Assembly: GCA_039589315.1 (NCBI GenBank)
Contig: JBDHHQ010000043.1
Span: 63,785 to 127,784, forward strand
Source: Gemmatimonadota bacterium
GTDB lineage: Bacteria > Gemmatimonadota > Gemmatimonadetes > Longimicrobiales > Gaopeijiaceae
Reading direction: 5' to 3'
Length of the DNA: 64,000 nt
A model generated the notes under the pieces. The model saw only the letters and a program-made list of their open reading frames with translations, had not been told where the DNA came from and did no database searches. Positions within the stretch are counted from its first letter, which is position 1. Each line of letters starts with the position of its first letter. Made by a program: the position numbers and the translations under genes. Positions 54,570 through 64,000 of the stretch are shown here, one piece after another.

Positions 54570-56050
54570 GGCGCCTCCTTCCCCTCCCGGCGAATGCGTA
54601 GGTAGGCCAGCGCCGAGCGGGCGGCCTCTTCCGCTGTACGGATCGTGTCGGGGATCCCCACTCCGTGGTAGGAGTGACCGGCCAGGAAGAGCCCGGGCAC
54701 GGCGCTGAGGGCCCGTTCAACCGCGCGGACCGTCTCCGCATGGCCCACGACGTACTGGGGCATGGCCCGAGGCCACCGATGAACCCGAGTCCACAGCGGG
54801 GCCGCACGTATGCCGAGCACGTCCCGGAGCTCGTCCGCCACGGCAGCCAGGATGATCGCGTCCTCGCCCGTCTCCGCCTCGGCCTCGCCCCCATCCGCCT
54901 CAGCCTCGTGATCTCGACCCACGAACGCGCGCAGCAGCACCGCACCCGGTGGGGCACGCCCGTGGAACTTGGAGGAGCTCCAGGAGCAGGCGGTCACGGT
55001 GCGCTTGGCGCTCCTGGGGTTGAGGTATCCGTACCCTTCCAGAGGGCGGCCGATGTCTTCGGCTCGGTGCGCGATAGACACGATCGCCACCGATCGGAAG
55101 GGGATCGCGCCCAGGGAGGCAGCGAGATCCGGGCTGAGATCTCCCACGATGTTCCCGGCCGACCAGGCGGGCGCGGTGACCACTACGGCGTCCGCCTCGA
55201 TGGTCTCACCGCCCCCTGCCTCGACCCCGAGGGCGTCTCCGATCCGGACGATACGCCGGGCAGAGGTCTCGAGCCGGATGTCGGCCTGGCCGAGAGCCCC
55301 TGCGAGGGCCACGACGAATCGCTCCATCCCCTCCGCGGGAGCGACGAACGGTGTCTCGAACTCCCCGGTGGGGCGGGCTTGCCTCGCCTGCACTCTCAGG
55401 CCGCGGATCACGCTCCCGGTTTGCGCCTCCGCCTGCTCGAGTCGAGGGAAGCTGGCCCGGATCCCCAGCTCTTCGCCACTGCCGGCGTAGATCCCCGACA
55501 GGAGCGGCTCCATCAACCAATCGTACGCTTCCCGTCCGAACCGCCTTCGGACGAACGATGCGACGGACTCCTCGCCGCCCCGTCTCCGCCGGGGCACCAC
55601 GGTCTCGAGCGCGAGCCGGATCCGGCCAACCGGAGACAGGAGGCTCGACCGGAACATCGGTGCGAGCCGAATCGGAACCAGACCGCTGAGCCCCTCGGGC
55701 AGAGGGTACAGCCGGCCCCGACGCTGGACGAAAGCGCGCCGGTGGGACGGATCCGTGCCCCGCAATTCGCCCTTGATGCCGACGTCCGCGGCGAGGTCGA
55801 CGCCCCACGGCTTGGTCGCGAGCAGGCTGTCGGGGCCCGCCTCCACCACGAAGCCCTCCACGACGTCCGTGCGGATCTTGCCGCCGAGGCGAGGCCCGGC
55901 TTCCAGCAGGATGACCTCGGGCCGGGGCCCCGACCCGGACGCCGCCGGGGGACCGTCGGCGTGCCGCGGATGGAGGAGCCGGTAGGCCGCAGTCAGTCCT
56001 GCGATTCCTCCCCCGACCACCACCAGGCGAGGAGCCTGCCTCACGACCAC
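54566..56050 (-). CDS. hemY: Copro/protoporphyrinogen oxidase HemY (CgoX)
   Basis: VVGGGIAGLTAA, EAGPDS, GIYAG, MPQY.VGH, GVGIPD. Confidence 0.92.
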   Translation of the reverse strand: MVVRQAPRLVVVGGGIAGLTAAYRLLHPRHADGPPAASGSGPRPEVILLEAGPRLGGKIRTDVVEGFVVEAGPDSLLATKPWGVDLAADVGIKGELRGTDPSHRRAFVQRRGRLYPLPEGLSGLVPIRLAPMFRSSLLSPVGRIRLALETVVPRRRRGGEESVASFVRRRFGREAYDWLMEPLLSGIYAGSGEELGIRASFPRLEQAEAQTGSVIRGLRVQARQARPTGEFETPFVAPAEGMERFVVALAGALGQADIRLETSARRIVRIGDALGVEAGGGETIEADAVVVTAPAWSAGNIVGDLSPDLAASLGAIPFRSVAIVSIAHRAEDIGRPLEGYGYLNPRSAKRTVTACSWSSSKFHGRAPPGAVLLRAFVGRDHEAEADGGEAEAETGEDAIILAAVADELRDVLGIRAAPLWTRVHRWPRAMPQYVVGHAETVRAVERALSAVPGLFLAGHSYHGVGIPDTIRTAEEAARSALAYLRIRREGKEAP

Positions 56051-56955
56051 CCAGCCCGGTCGATCTCTTCTCTGACCAGCCGGGCGAGTCCTCCGGTCAT
56101 CCGGGGGTGGTCGTTCATCATCTCGATCCGTTCCAACCGGACCCCGAGACGGTCTGCGAGCGACTTCAGCTCCACGTCGATGTCGTAGAGGATCTCCACG
56201 TGTTCGCAGGTGAAGCCGACGGGAGCAATGAGGAATCGCTCCCGACCCTGTCGGGCGAGATCCTCGAGCAGCTCGCCCACGTCGGGGCCCAGCCAGGGCT
56301 CCCGGGTCATGGCAGCCGATTGGTAGGCGAAGTGCGTTCGCAGCCCCGGGAGCCGCCGGCTCACTGCGCCGAACGTCTCCGCCATCTGCACCGGGTACGG
56401 GTCGCCCTGCTCCACGATCCGGGAGGGCAGGCTGTGCGCCGTGAGGATCAGCTCGACCCCGTGGCGCTCCGCTTCCGGGAAGCGCTCCAGACCCTCGTCG
56501 ATCAGCTCGACGATGGTTCCGATGTACTCGGGCATGAGGTGCCAGGATCGGATGCCCCGCACCTCGATGCCGGAATCCGCCTCCGAGACGCTCCCGTAGT
56601 AGGCACCGACGCTCATCCGCGACTCGTGGGGGGCCATGACGACGCCCACGGCCCGCTGTACCCCTGCCTCGCGCATATCTCGCAGTGTGTCACGGATAAA
56701 GGGGTGCCAATGTCTCATGCCTACGTAGGCGTTGCAGGGTGTGCCCCCATCCTGGAGGTGGGCCTCGATGGCGGAAGCCTGGGCCCGGGTCAGCTCGAGG
56801 ATCGGGGAGCGCCCGCCGATCAGAGCGTAGCGTTCGCGCATCTCATGGATGACTCCGGGGGCGGTCGGTCGGTGACCCCGTACGTCCATGATGTACGGCT
56901 CGACGTCGTCCAGGGAGTCCGGCCCGCCGTACGCCATGACGAGGACCCCCGTCAT
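56041..56955 (-). CDS. hemH: Ferrochelatase (probably coproporphyrin III type, CpfC)
   Basis: VMAYGGP, GMRHWHP, TAHSLP, WLGPD, EHVEILYDID. Confidence 0.93.
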   Translation of the reverse strand: MTGVLVMAYGGPDSLDDVEPYIMDVRGHRPTAPGVIHEMRERYALIGGRSPILELTRAQASAIEAHLQDGGTPCNAYVGMRHWHPFIRDTLRDMREAGVQRAVGVVMAPHESRMSVGAYYGSVSEADSGIEVRGIRSWHLMPEYIGTIVELIDEGLERFPEAERHGVELILTAHSLPSRIVEQGDPYPVQMAETFGAVSRRLPGLRTHFAYQSAAMTREPWLGPDVGELLEDLARQGRERFLIAPVGFTCEHVEILYDIDVELKSLADRLGVRLERIEMMNDHPRMTGGLARLVREEIDRAGWS

Positions 56956-57998
56956 TCGGTCCTCCCGGAGTGCCCCCGGACGGCGTCGACGACCGTGTGG
57001 ACCGCCTCGATCGGAGCCTGGGGGAACACGCCGTGGCCGAGATTGAACACATGTCCCGGCCTTCCGCCCGCCTGCTCGAGGACACGGCTCACCTCGCGCC
57101 GGACCGTCTCCTCCGGCGCCAGAAGCACGGCGGGATCGAGGTTGCCCTGGACGCCCTTGTCGAAGCCGATTCGTTGCCAGCCCTCGTCCAGGGGCGTCCG
57201 CCAATCCAGTCCGATGACGTCGCCCCCGGCGTCCCGCATGGGCTCGAGCAGGGCACCGGCGCCCACCCCGAAATGGATCGTCGGGACATGCTCCCCCTCG
57301 AGCGACTCGAAGACGGCCCGAGTGTAGCGCTGTACCGAAGAGACGTACTGCGCCGGCGACAGACAGCCCGCCCAAGTATCAAACAGCTGCAACACGTCCG
57401 CACCGGCCCGCGCTTGCGCGATCATGTAATCCGCCGTGGCACGAGCCAATCGATCGAGGAGTCGCCCGAACGCCACCGGCTCCTGGAACATGAACTGCTT
57501 CGTCAATAGGAAGCTTCGAGAGCTCTCACCTTCGATCAGGTAGGAGGCCACCGTGAACGGGCCGCCGGCGAAACCGATCAGCCCAACGCCAGGCGGCAGA
57601 TCTTCCTTCACGGCGCGAAGTGCGTCCAGCGTGGCGGAGAGCGACTCCTCCGGATCGAGCGGACGCAGCGCCTCGACATCTTCGGCCGAGCGGATGGGAT
57701 TCTGGATGACCGGGCCACGGCCGGGGACGAAGTCCAGGCCCACGCCCATGTGGAGGAGGGGAAGGAGGATGTCGGCGAAGATGATCGCACCGTCGACCCC
57801 GAAGCGCTTCACGGGTTGCAGGGTGACGGTCTTGGCCAGCTCGGCGTTGCCGCAGATCTCCAGCAACGAGTGTCGCTCGCGCAGCCTGCGATACTCGGGC
57901 AGGAAGCGTCCCGCCTGACGCATGAACCAGACGGGCGTGCGCTCGACCGCCCTTCCCCGGCAGGCTTCTACGAGTGGGATGGATCCTCGGGGCGTCAC
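56952..57998 (-). CDS. hemE: Uroporphyrinogen decarboxylase
   Basis: PVWFMRQAGR.LPEY, IFADIL, IGFAGGPFT, QGNLDP, FNLGHG. Confidence 0.95.
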   Translation of the reverse strand: MTPRGSIPLVEACRGRAVERTPVWFMRQAGRFLPEYRRLRERHSLLEICGNAELAKTVTLQPVKRFGVDGAIIFADILLPLLHMGVGLDFVPGRGPVIQNPIRSAEDVEALRPLDPEESLSATLDALRAVKEDLPPGVGLIGFAGGPFTVASYLIEGESSRSFLLTKQFMFQEPVAFGRLLDRLARATADYMIAQARAGADVLQLFDTWAGCLSPAQYVSSVQRYTRAVFESLEGEHVPTIHFGVGAGALLEPMRDAGGDVIGLDWRTPLDEGWQRIGFDKGVQGNLDPAVLLAPEETVRREVSRVLEQAGGRPGHVFNLGHGVFPQAPIEAVHTVVDAVRGHSGRTE

Positions 57999-58696
57999 GG
58001 CCAGAGAGGACCCTCGGAGGCGTGCCGTCGGATCCCGACGTGCACGGGAACGTCCGACGCGGTGAAGCGCCTCGCCTCGGTATGGCGCAGGTCGCTCACG
58101 AGGCTGGAGAACCGGGCAAGGTCGTCGGTTTCGTAGACGACGACGAAGTCGTGATCCTGGACGCCCGCCGAGTAGAGGAGCAGCTGGGTGACCTCGCGGT
58201 ACTGCTTTCCGATGCTCATGTGCTCGTTCATCATCTCTTGTCGCGCGTCTGGCGGCGTCAGGTACCATTCGGCAGTCTTCGTGAACGGGTAGACGACGAG
58301 GTAGGGGATCTCGCGCGGCTGGAAAGGATCGATCGCCTGACGCGAACGACCGCGGCTGTACTCGGACAGACGCGTGAAGCCCCACAGCACGTCCGTGACC
58401 CTCGCGTACCGGCGAAACGGGCGGACCGCCGCCGCATAGGCCTCGAAGAATGCCAGGGGCGCTTGGGCGTCATCGGCGCGCACCGCCGACCAGACGAGGA
58501 AGTCGGTCCGGGCAGTCGCCGGGTACGTCTGGTAGTGGAGCACGGACGGAGCGACCTGGCTCAGCCGCTCGGCCCACTCCGTCTCCACCCTGCGTCGCTC
58601 TGGCTCCGCCAACTCCCAGAAGGCGGGGGTGAGCTGGTAGGCGGCGAAGTGGCTCAGAGAGCGTGAGACAGCCCGGGGCGGCTCGGCGGGAGTCAC
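57995..58696 (-). CDS. hemQ: Coproheme decarboxylase (chlorite dismutase family)
   Basis: YPFTK..EWY and EH proximal His; Gln in place of the chlorite dismutase catalytic Arg; hem operon context. Confidence 0.8.
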   Translation of the reverse strand: MTPAEPPRAVSRSLSHFAAYQLTPAFWELAEPERRRVETEWAERLSQVAPSVLHYQTYPATARTDFLVWSAVRADDAQAPLAFFEAYAAAVRPFRRYARVTDVLWGFTRLSEYSRGRSRQAIDPFQPREIPYLVVYPFTKTAEWYLTPPDARQEMMNEHMSIGKQYREVTQLLLYSAGVQDHDFVVVYETDDLARFSSLVSDLRHTEARRFTASDVPVHVGIRRHASEGPLWP

Positions 58697-58697
58697 G

Positions 58698-59744
58698 TCA
58701 ACGGCTCTCCAGCCATCCGGTCGCGGCTTCCGCGTGGTAGGTGATGATCAGATCGGCCCCGGCCCGCTTGATCCCGGTCAGCGCCTCGAGCGCCAGCGCC
58801 TCCTCGCTCACCCACCCGGCCTGAGCGGCCGCCTTCACCATCGCATACTCACCGCTCACGTTGTAGGCCACGAGGGGTACCTCGGGAAAGCGGTCTCTCG
58901 TCTGCCGGACGATGTCGAGGTAGGCGAGCGCCGGCTTCACCATGAGAAAGTCGGCCCCCTCGGCGACGTCCAACGCGTGCTCCTTGAGCGCTTCCCGGGC
59001 GTTGGCGGGGTCCATCTGATGGGATCGCCGGTCCCGGCGAGGCGGGGTGCCGCCCACCGCGCCACGGAACGGTCCGTACATGACGGACGCGTATTTGGCC
59101 GAGTACGCCATGATCGCCACTTCCCCGAAGCCGGCTTCGTCCAGAGCCGACCGAATGCCCAGCACCATCCCGTCGATCATGCCGGATGGCGCCACCACGT
59201 CCGCCCCCGCCTCGGCCTGAGCCAGCGCGATCCGCTGCAGCGCACCGACGGTCACGTCGTGGTCCAGCGCTCCGTCTTCGGCCAGAAGGCCGCAGTGGCC
59301 GTGATCGGTGTAGCCGCACAGACACGTGTCCGCGATCACGACGGCGTCGGGACTCCGCTCCTTGATCGCGCGAATGGCCCGCTGTGACACCCCGTCCGCC
59401 GCCCAGCTGCGGCTCCCCCGGGAGTCCTTGGCCGCTGGGGCTCCGAAGACGATCACGGCGCGGATCCCTCGCTCCACCTGGGTTTGAACATGCGCTGCGG
59501 CGCGCTCAACCGACCACTGGCGGATCCCGGGCATGGAGGGAATCTCCCGGGCCACGTCGGGCTCGTGCGTCAGGAAGACCGGCATGATCAGGTCGTCGAT
59601 ATCGAGGCGCGTCTCCCGGATCAGCGCTCTCAGTCCGGCGGTGCGACGCAGGCGCGCCGGCCGAAGGCGTGGGCCCGAGGCCTCGTCCGTCGGGACGTTT
59701 CTCGCGTCGCCCCGAGCACCGGTGGCCGAGTGGGACTTCGTCAT
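58698..59744 (-). CDS. hemB: Porphobilinogen synthase (Zn-type)
   Basis: DTCLCGYTDHGHCG, APSGMIDG, MVKPALAYLD, AYNVSGEY. Confidence 0.95.
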   Translation of the reverse strand: MTKSHSATGARGDARNVPTDEASGPRLRPARLRRTAGLRALIRETRLDIDDLIMPVFLTHEPDVAREIPSMPGIRQWSVERAAAHVQTQVERGIRAVIVFGAPAAKDSRGSRSWAADGVSQRAIRAIKERSPDAVVIADTCLCGYTDHGHCGLLAEDGALDHDVTVGALQRIALAQAEAGADVVAPSGMIDGMVLGIRSALDEAGFGEVAIMAYSAKYASVMYGPFRGAVGGTPPRRDRRSHQMDPANAREALKEHALDVAEGADFLMVKPALAYLDIVRQTRDRFPEVPLVAYNVSGEYAMVKAAAQAGWVSEEALALEALTGIKRAGADLIITYHAEAATGWLESR

Positions 59745-59815
59745 TCGAGCGGGGCCTCCTTGGGGGCCAGGTGTCGGGTCTCGCGAGTTCGGTGCCACTC
59801 CGGTGTGGCACCACT

Positions 59816-60610
59816 CTAACCTACTGCCGGTCGGGCACCTTCGGGCGTTCCCGTCGCGAAATGACCCTGAAGCGCCTCCATGACCCCATCCAGGGTATAC
59901 TCGCGCGCCTCTGCGTCAATCCGCAGCCCCAATTGGCGGGCGGTCCGGCTCGTGATCGGCCCGATCGAGATCACGGCGGCGCCGGCCACCGCTTCCCGCC
60001 AGCCGTCGGCCAGGATCGTCACGAATCCCCTCACCGTCGCCGAGCTCGTGAACGTGATGGCGTCGAACCCCTCGCGAAGGTCACCGAGCTCTCCCTCCGT
60101 GGGGCTCGGAGTCCCCGTTCGGTACACGCCCACGTCGTCCACCACGGCCCCGCCCGCCCGCAGATGGGCAGGAAGAGCCTCCCGCCCCTGCCGGGCCCTC
60201 AGGAGTAGAATGCGCGCGCCCCGCACATCGCCCAGCGCCTCGGCCAGCCTTTCGCCCCTGTACTCCTCCGGCACTACCTGAACCGAGACACCAGCCTGCT
60301 GGAGAGCCGTCGCCGTGACCTGCCCGATTGCGGCCACCTTCGGGTGGGCGAAGGCGCGCCCGGTCAGTCCCAACGCCCTACGTCGCCGGGCCACACCCCG
60401 AACGCCGTTCACGCTCGTGTAGAGCACCCAGTCATATCGGTGGAGCGTCCGCAACGCGGCGTCGAGCCGGGCAAATGACTCGGGCGGACGGATCTCGATG
60501 GTGGGGAACCGGACCGGCACGGCTCCGTCGCGCCGAAGCCGATCCGACAGCTCGTCCGCCTGCCCGTGCGCACGCGTGACCACGACCCGTCGTCCGATCA
60601 GGGAGCTCAC
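59816..60610 (-). CDS. hemD: Uroporphyrinogen-III synthase
   Basis: VVVTRA, TSVNGV, AIG..TA, FTSSATV, SIGPIT. Confidence 0.92.
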   Translation of the reverse strand: MSSLIGRRVVVTRAHGQADELSDRLRRDGAVPVRFPTIEIRPPESFARLDAALRTLHRYDWVLYTSVNGVRGVARRRRALGLTGRAFAHPKVAAIGQVTATALQQAGVSVQVVPEEYRGERLAEALGDVRGARILLLRARQGREALPAHLRAGGAVVDDVGVYRTGTPSPTEGELGDLREGFDAITFTSSATVRGFVTILADGWREAVAGAAVISIGPITSRTARQLGLRIDAEAREYTLDGVMEALQGHFATGTPEGARPAVG

Positions 60611-61496
60611 CCGAGCAGCTCGGCCGCGCCCAGGGCGACCGCCTCCTGCGCCAATCGGGCGCCAAGGTCCTTGGCACGCACCGCGGGAGCCGAACCCTCG
60701 ACGTTCAGGACGGCCGATCCGTCCGGCGCGGTGACGGACCCACGGAGGTGAATCGTCGTCCGGTGGTCAACCGTTGCGGCAAACGCTCCCACGGGTGTCG
60801 CGCATCCGCCGCCCAGGCACTCGAGGAAGGTTCGCTCGGCGGTGACCTCGGCGCGGAGGTGCTCCTCGTCGACAACCGACAGGGTCGCAATCAGCTCCGA
60901 GTCGTCGGACCGACATTGCACCGCGAGCGCACCCTGCCCCGGAGCCGGTAGGAACCGATCGAAGGGTAGATACTCGGCCACGTGTATGGAGAGACCCAGC
61001 CGATGGACGCCGGCGGCGGCAACGACGATCGCGTCGTACTCACCCGCGAGCGTCTTGCGAATCCGCGTTTCGACATTGCCCCGGATCGGCGTCACCACGA
61101 GGTGCCGATCGTGGCCGCGGCCGGCAGCGCGGAGAGGCAGGCGGCGCGTTCGGAGACGAGCACGTCCCTGGCGTCCTCACGCAGGAGGACGGCGGCGATC
61201 GTCAATCCGTCGGCCGGCTCAACGGGCAGGTCCTTCAGGGAGTGCACCGCGAGATCGATGCGCCGCTCTCGCAGGGCCGACTCCAGCGCCTCCGTGAACA
61301 CGCCCTTGTGTCCGAGCTGGGCGATGGGGACCGAGCGGTCCTGGTCGCCCCGCGTGTTCAGGATCGTCTCTTCCGTCGCAACGTCGGGAACGGCCGTGCG
61401 GATTTGCGCGGCCACGCGTCTTGTCTGCCACAGCGCGAGAGGAGAGCCGCGGGTGCCGATCCGGAGCGTTCGGCCCACCGAGGGACCGTCATGCAT
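60607..61496 (-). pseudogene. hemC: Hydroxymethylbilane synthase, split by an internal deletion and frameshift
   Basis: RIGTRGSPLA...VHSLKD...IGTS then stop (61092). RGNVETR, PAPGQGAL and GGC follow in another frame. The SLRR segment is absent. Confidence 0.85.
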
Positions 61497-62883
61497 CGAC
61501 GGAGTCGGGGGCACCGACGGGCGACTCCGGCAGTCCGAACAGCTCCCGAGCGACCCGGGCGAGATCGGAGCTGGCCGTACCCTCCGATTCCCGCAGTCGC
61601 GCGGTGGGCTGACGAAGGATCTTCCGAACGAGGGTCCTGGAGAGCCGCTCGATTCGGTCCCGGGTCCCGGAATCCAGATCCTCGAGCTCCCCGAGCACCA
61701 CGTCGACCTCGCTTCGGCGAATGGCCTCGGCCCGACTCCACAGATCGCGAACGACCGGGGCCACCACCGCTCGTGCAGTCCTGTGGAGGTATGCCTCGAC
61801 CTCCTCGTCCACGATCGCTTCCGCCTCCGGGACCTCGGTGAGTCGCCTCGCAAGGTGCGTCCCCACACGGGTCTGCAGGTCCTCGATGCCGACGAGACGC
61901 GCGCCTGAAAGGTCACCGACGCGGGGCTCTATGTCCCGCGGCACTGCCATATCCACGAGCAGGAGCGGGTGTTCCGATTCCCGGGAGCGGAGGACGCGAC
62001 GAAGGAGAGCTTCGCCGATGATCGGCTTCGGCGATGACGTGGACGAGAGCACGGCGTCACTGTCGGCCAACGCGGACTCCAACTCGGACAAGCCCACCGC
62101 CCTGCATCCCAGTGCGTCTGCGAGCTCGGCCGACCGAGCGGGCGTTCGGTTGGCGATCGACACCGAAGCACCACCCTTCCGCAGCGCGTCGCACGCCAGC
62201 CGCCCCATCTTCCCGGCTCCGATCACGAGGATGCGGCTCCCTTCGAGGTCCCCGAGATGCTCCTTCACGACCCTGACTGCGACGGAGCTCACGCTCGTGG
62301 GACCTTGGCCGATCGCCGTCTGCAGTCGGGCGCGGCGACCCGCGTCTCGCGCAGCCTCGGCGGCAGCCTGCAGAGTGGGCCCCGCGCCCTCGGTTCGAAA
62401 CGCTCGGGCCACCTGGCCGGCGATCTGGTGCTCACCCAACACCAGCGAATCGAGACCCGCCGCCACCCGGCAGAGATGCCGCACCGCACCCGCTCCGACG
62501 TGGAGATAGAACCGACCGTCCGGAGGCTGGGCCAGCCCGGAGTCACCGTTTCGCCCCCCTCCCGGGGACGGCTTCACGGGCGGCCGGGCGGCCGTGCCAG
62601 GGGTCCCGACCGGCCCGTTCCGTGAGAGCACGTCCAGCAGCCAGCCGTGCACGGAGAGCGCACTGGTTTCGTGGACGGCGACGTACGCCTCCACCCGATT
62701 GCAGGTGCGGAGGACCGCCAGCTCTTGAATCGACGATTCGCCGCCGCTCCCGTGCGCGGCCGCCCCACGGAAGCCGCCCGCGAGCCTCGACGCTCCCGCC
62801 ACCGCCCCCTCGAGGCAGCTCACCGGAGCGGTGCGCAGGCTGGTGCCCACGCAGACGATGGTCAGGTTCGCAGCTGCACCCAC
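61489..62883 (-). CDS. hemA: Glutamyl-tRNA reductase
   Basis: TCNRVE, GLDSLVLGE.QI.GQV, IGAGKMG, DMAVPRDI. Confidence 0.94.
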   Translation of the reverse strand: MGAAANLTIVCVGTSLRTAPVSCLEGAVAGASRLAGGFRGAAAHGSGGESSIQELAVLRTCNRVEAYVAVHETSALSVHGWLLDVLSRNGPVGTPGTAARPPVKPSPGGGRNGDSGLAQPPDGRFYLHVGAGAVRHLCRVAAGLDSLVLGEHQIAGQVARAFRTEGAGPTLQAAAEAARDAGRRARLQTAIGQGPTSVSSVAVRVVKEHLGDLEGSRILVIGAGKMGRLACDALRKGGASVSIANRTPARSAELADALGCRAVGLSELESALADSDAVLSSTSSPKPIIGEALLRRVLRSRESEHPLLLVDMAVPRDIEPRVGDLSGARLVGIEDLQTRVGTHLARRLTEVPEAEAIVDEEVEAYLHRTARAVVAPVVRDLWSRAEAIRRSEVDVVLGELEDLDSGTRDRIERLSRTLVRKILRQPTARLRESEGTASSDLARVARELFGLPESPVGAPDSVDA

Positions 62884-62890
62884 AGCGCCC

Positions 62891-63466
62891 TCATGCCGAC
62901 GTCATGGTGCGTCGGTCGTCGAGCCCTTCGGCCAACGCGGCCTCGGGTGTACGGGTGCTTGGGCGGTGTGCGTGCCAGATGAAGGCGGCCATCGCACTGG
63001 CGGTGAGCAGGTTCCCGGCGAGGAGCCGCCAGAAGCCCAGCGCTTCGACCAGCCCGGGCCGGACCAGAGAGGGCGGAATGACGACGCCCGCCTGGAGCCA
63101 AATGAAGATCAACACGGTGACCACGATCGGCCGCTGCGGGGTGCGCCTCATCTTGCTGACGATGTAGGAGATCATCAGGCCCAACGTTCCGAAGGCGGCG
63201 AAGTGAAAGAGCGTCAGGTAGGCGACCATGTCGAGCCGCACTTCGGTCGCCTGGTCTGGTGGAATGTTCAAGAACCAGACGCTTCCCACCATCGATGGAG
63301 TGTAGAGAGGCTGACCGGCGATCAGATCGAAGATCAGGTAGAACACCGCGATCACCGAACCGCCAACCGCCGCGGAATAGAAGGAGTCGTATAGGAGATC
63401 TTCCATCGGTGTCGGTCCGTGCCTGGCGTTCTGGCGACGCTCGTGAACGGGAGGTGACTCTGCCAT
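62891..63466 (-). CDS. Hypothetical membrane protein leading the hem operon
   Basis: Four TMs, GQPLYTPS, FHF; AGGAG RBS before ATG 63466. Confidence 0.65.
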   Translation of the reverse strand: MAESPPVHERRQNARHGPTPMEDLLYDSFYSAAVGGSVIAVFYLIFDLIAGQPLYTPSMVGSVWFLNIPPDQATEVRLDMVAYLTLFHFAAFGTLGLMISYIVSKMRRTPQRPIVVTVLIFIWLQAGVVIPPSLVRPGLVEALGFWRLLAGNLLTASAMAAFIWHAHRPSTRTPEAALAEGLDDRRTMTSA

Positions 63467-63595
63467 GCGGACACTCCTATCGACCGTGGCACCGCGGACG
63501 GTGATGTATTCACGCACCATATACGAAGGCGTTCAGCCGCTGCAAGTCTGTCGTCCGGACCGGGTGAAGGACGGAGCGCCGATTCGACGGCTCGG

Positions 63596-64000
63596 CTACC
63601 GGGCCCCACCTCCATCCGCTGCGACCCTCCCACTCTCGCGGCCCGTCGGCACGATCACTGGAGGGATGCCCCGGTCGCGAATGAGCTCGTTGAACGCCCC
63701 CAGGTCGTCGCGAAAGACCGCCTCGAGCTCGTCGAGCCGCTCTGCGAGCCCCGACCGCAACTCGCCGTAGCGCTCGGTCGCCTGATCCGTGGGCGGTGCG
63801 TCGGCGCTGCTCACGATGTTATTCAGATACCCGAGCTCCCGGACGTATCTGGGCCGGTCGTACCCCATGATCGACCCCCTCGGCACGCGGACGAGCTCAG
63901 CCTCGACGGCAGAGAGGCGCTCGCTGAGCGCATCCGCCTGGGCCTGGACATCGCTACTGCTGTCACCGAGTCGGGTCGCCAGCAGCTCGGTCTGCCCGCG
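63596..64000 (-). CDS. C-terminus of a large protein, probably VPS10/BNR-repeat glycosyl-hydrolase-like (5'-partial)
   Basis: Frame is open to the window edge. The helical tail SADAPPT...DLGAFNELI is typical of that family. Confidence 0.55.
   Translation of the reverse strand, partial: RGQTELLATRLGDSSSDVQAQADALSERLSAVEAELVRVPRGSIMGYDRPRYVRELGYLNNIVSSADAPPTDQATERYGELRSGLAERLDELEAVFRDDLGAFNELIRDRGIPPVIVPTGRESGRVAADGGGAR

Noticed and set aside
57995..58696. True chlorite dismutase
   Set aside because: The catalytic distal Arg is absent and the context is a heme operon.
1..64000. CRISPR arrays, tRNA/rRNA, IS elements, integrases
   Set aside because: None was recognised by eye. Intergenic gaps are short and lack regular repeats.

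Overview
A high-GC bacterial chromosomal segment. The kinase style and the many orphan permeases suggest Gemmatimonadota, but this is inferred. The left half (1-32.5 kb) is accessory. It holds four ADOP/MacB-type orphan permeases, a hydrolase-kinase fusion, cysteine synthase, an S9 peptidase, a class II glutamine amidotransferase, tctCAB-tcuA, a membrane spermidine-synthase-like protein, an NTT transporter and a TerB protein. It also holds a StrB1-like amidinotransferase and an AsnB-like enzyme behind back-to-back sigma-54 promoters, and an RHH-retropepsin pair. The best candidate novel system is at 29461-32515: a Phd/YefM antitoxin with its own operator, translationally coupled to a degenerate RelE-like domain fused in frame to an ADOP permease. 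The right half (32.5-63.5 kb) is a ~31 kb minus-strand heme/respiration supercluster. It encodes the coproporphyrin-dependent heme pathway, a ferredoxin, an Mrp ATPase lacking its CxxC, three proteins carrying four PCP_red-like domains, a radical SAM enzyme, a CydB-less bd-like subunit, c-type cytochromes, an A1 heme-copper oxidase, HmuY, SCO and CtaG. coxI is broken by a 4-nt duplication and hemC by a probable microhomology deletion; either lesion may be real or an assembly error. No rRNA, tRNA, CRISPR array or transposase was seen. All family assignments are by-eye motif recognition, with no database searches.
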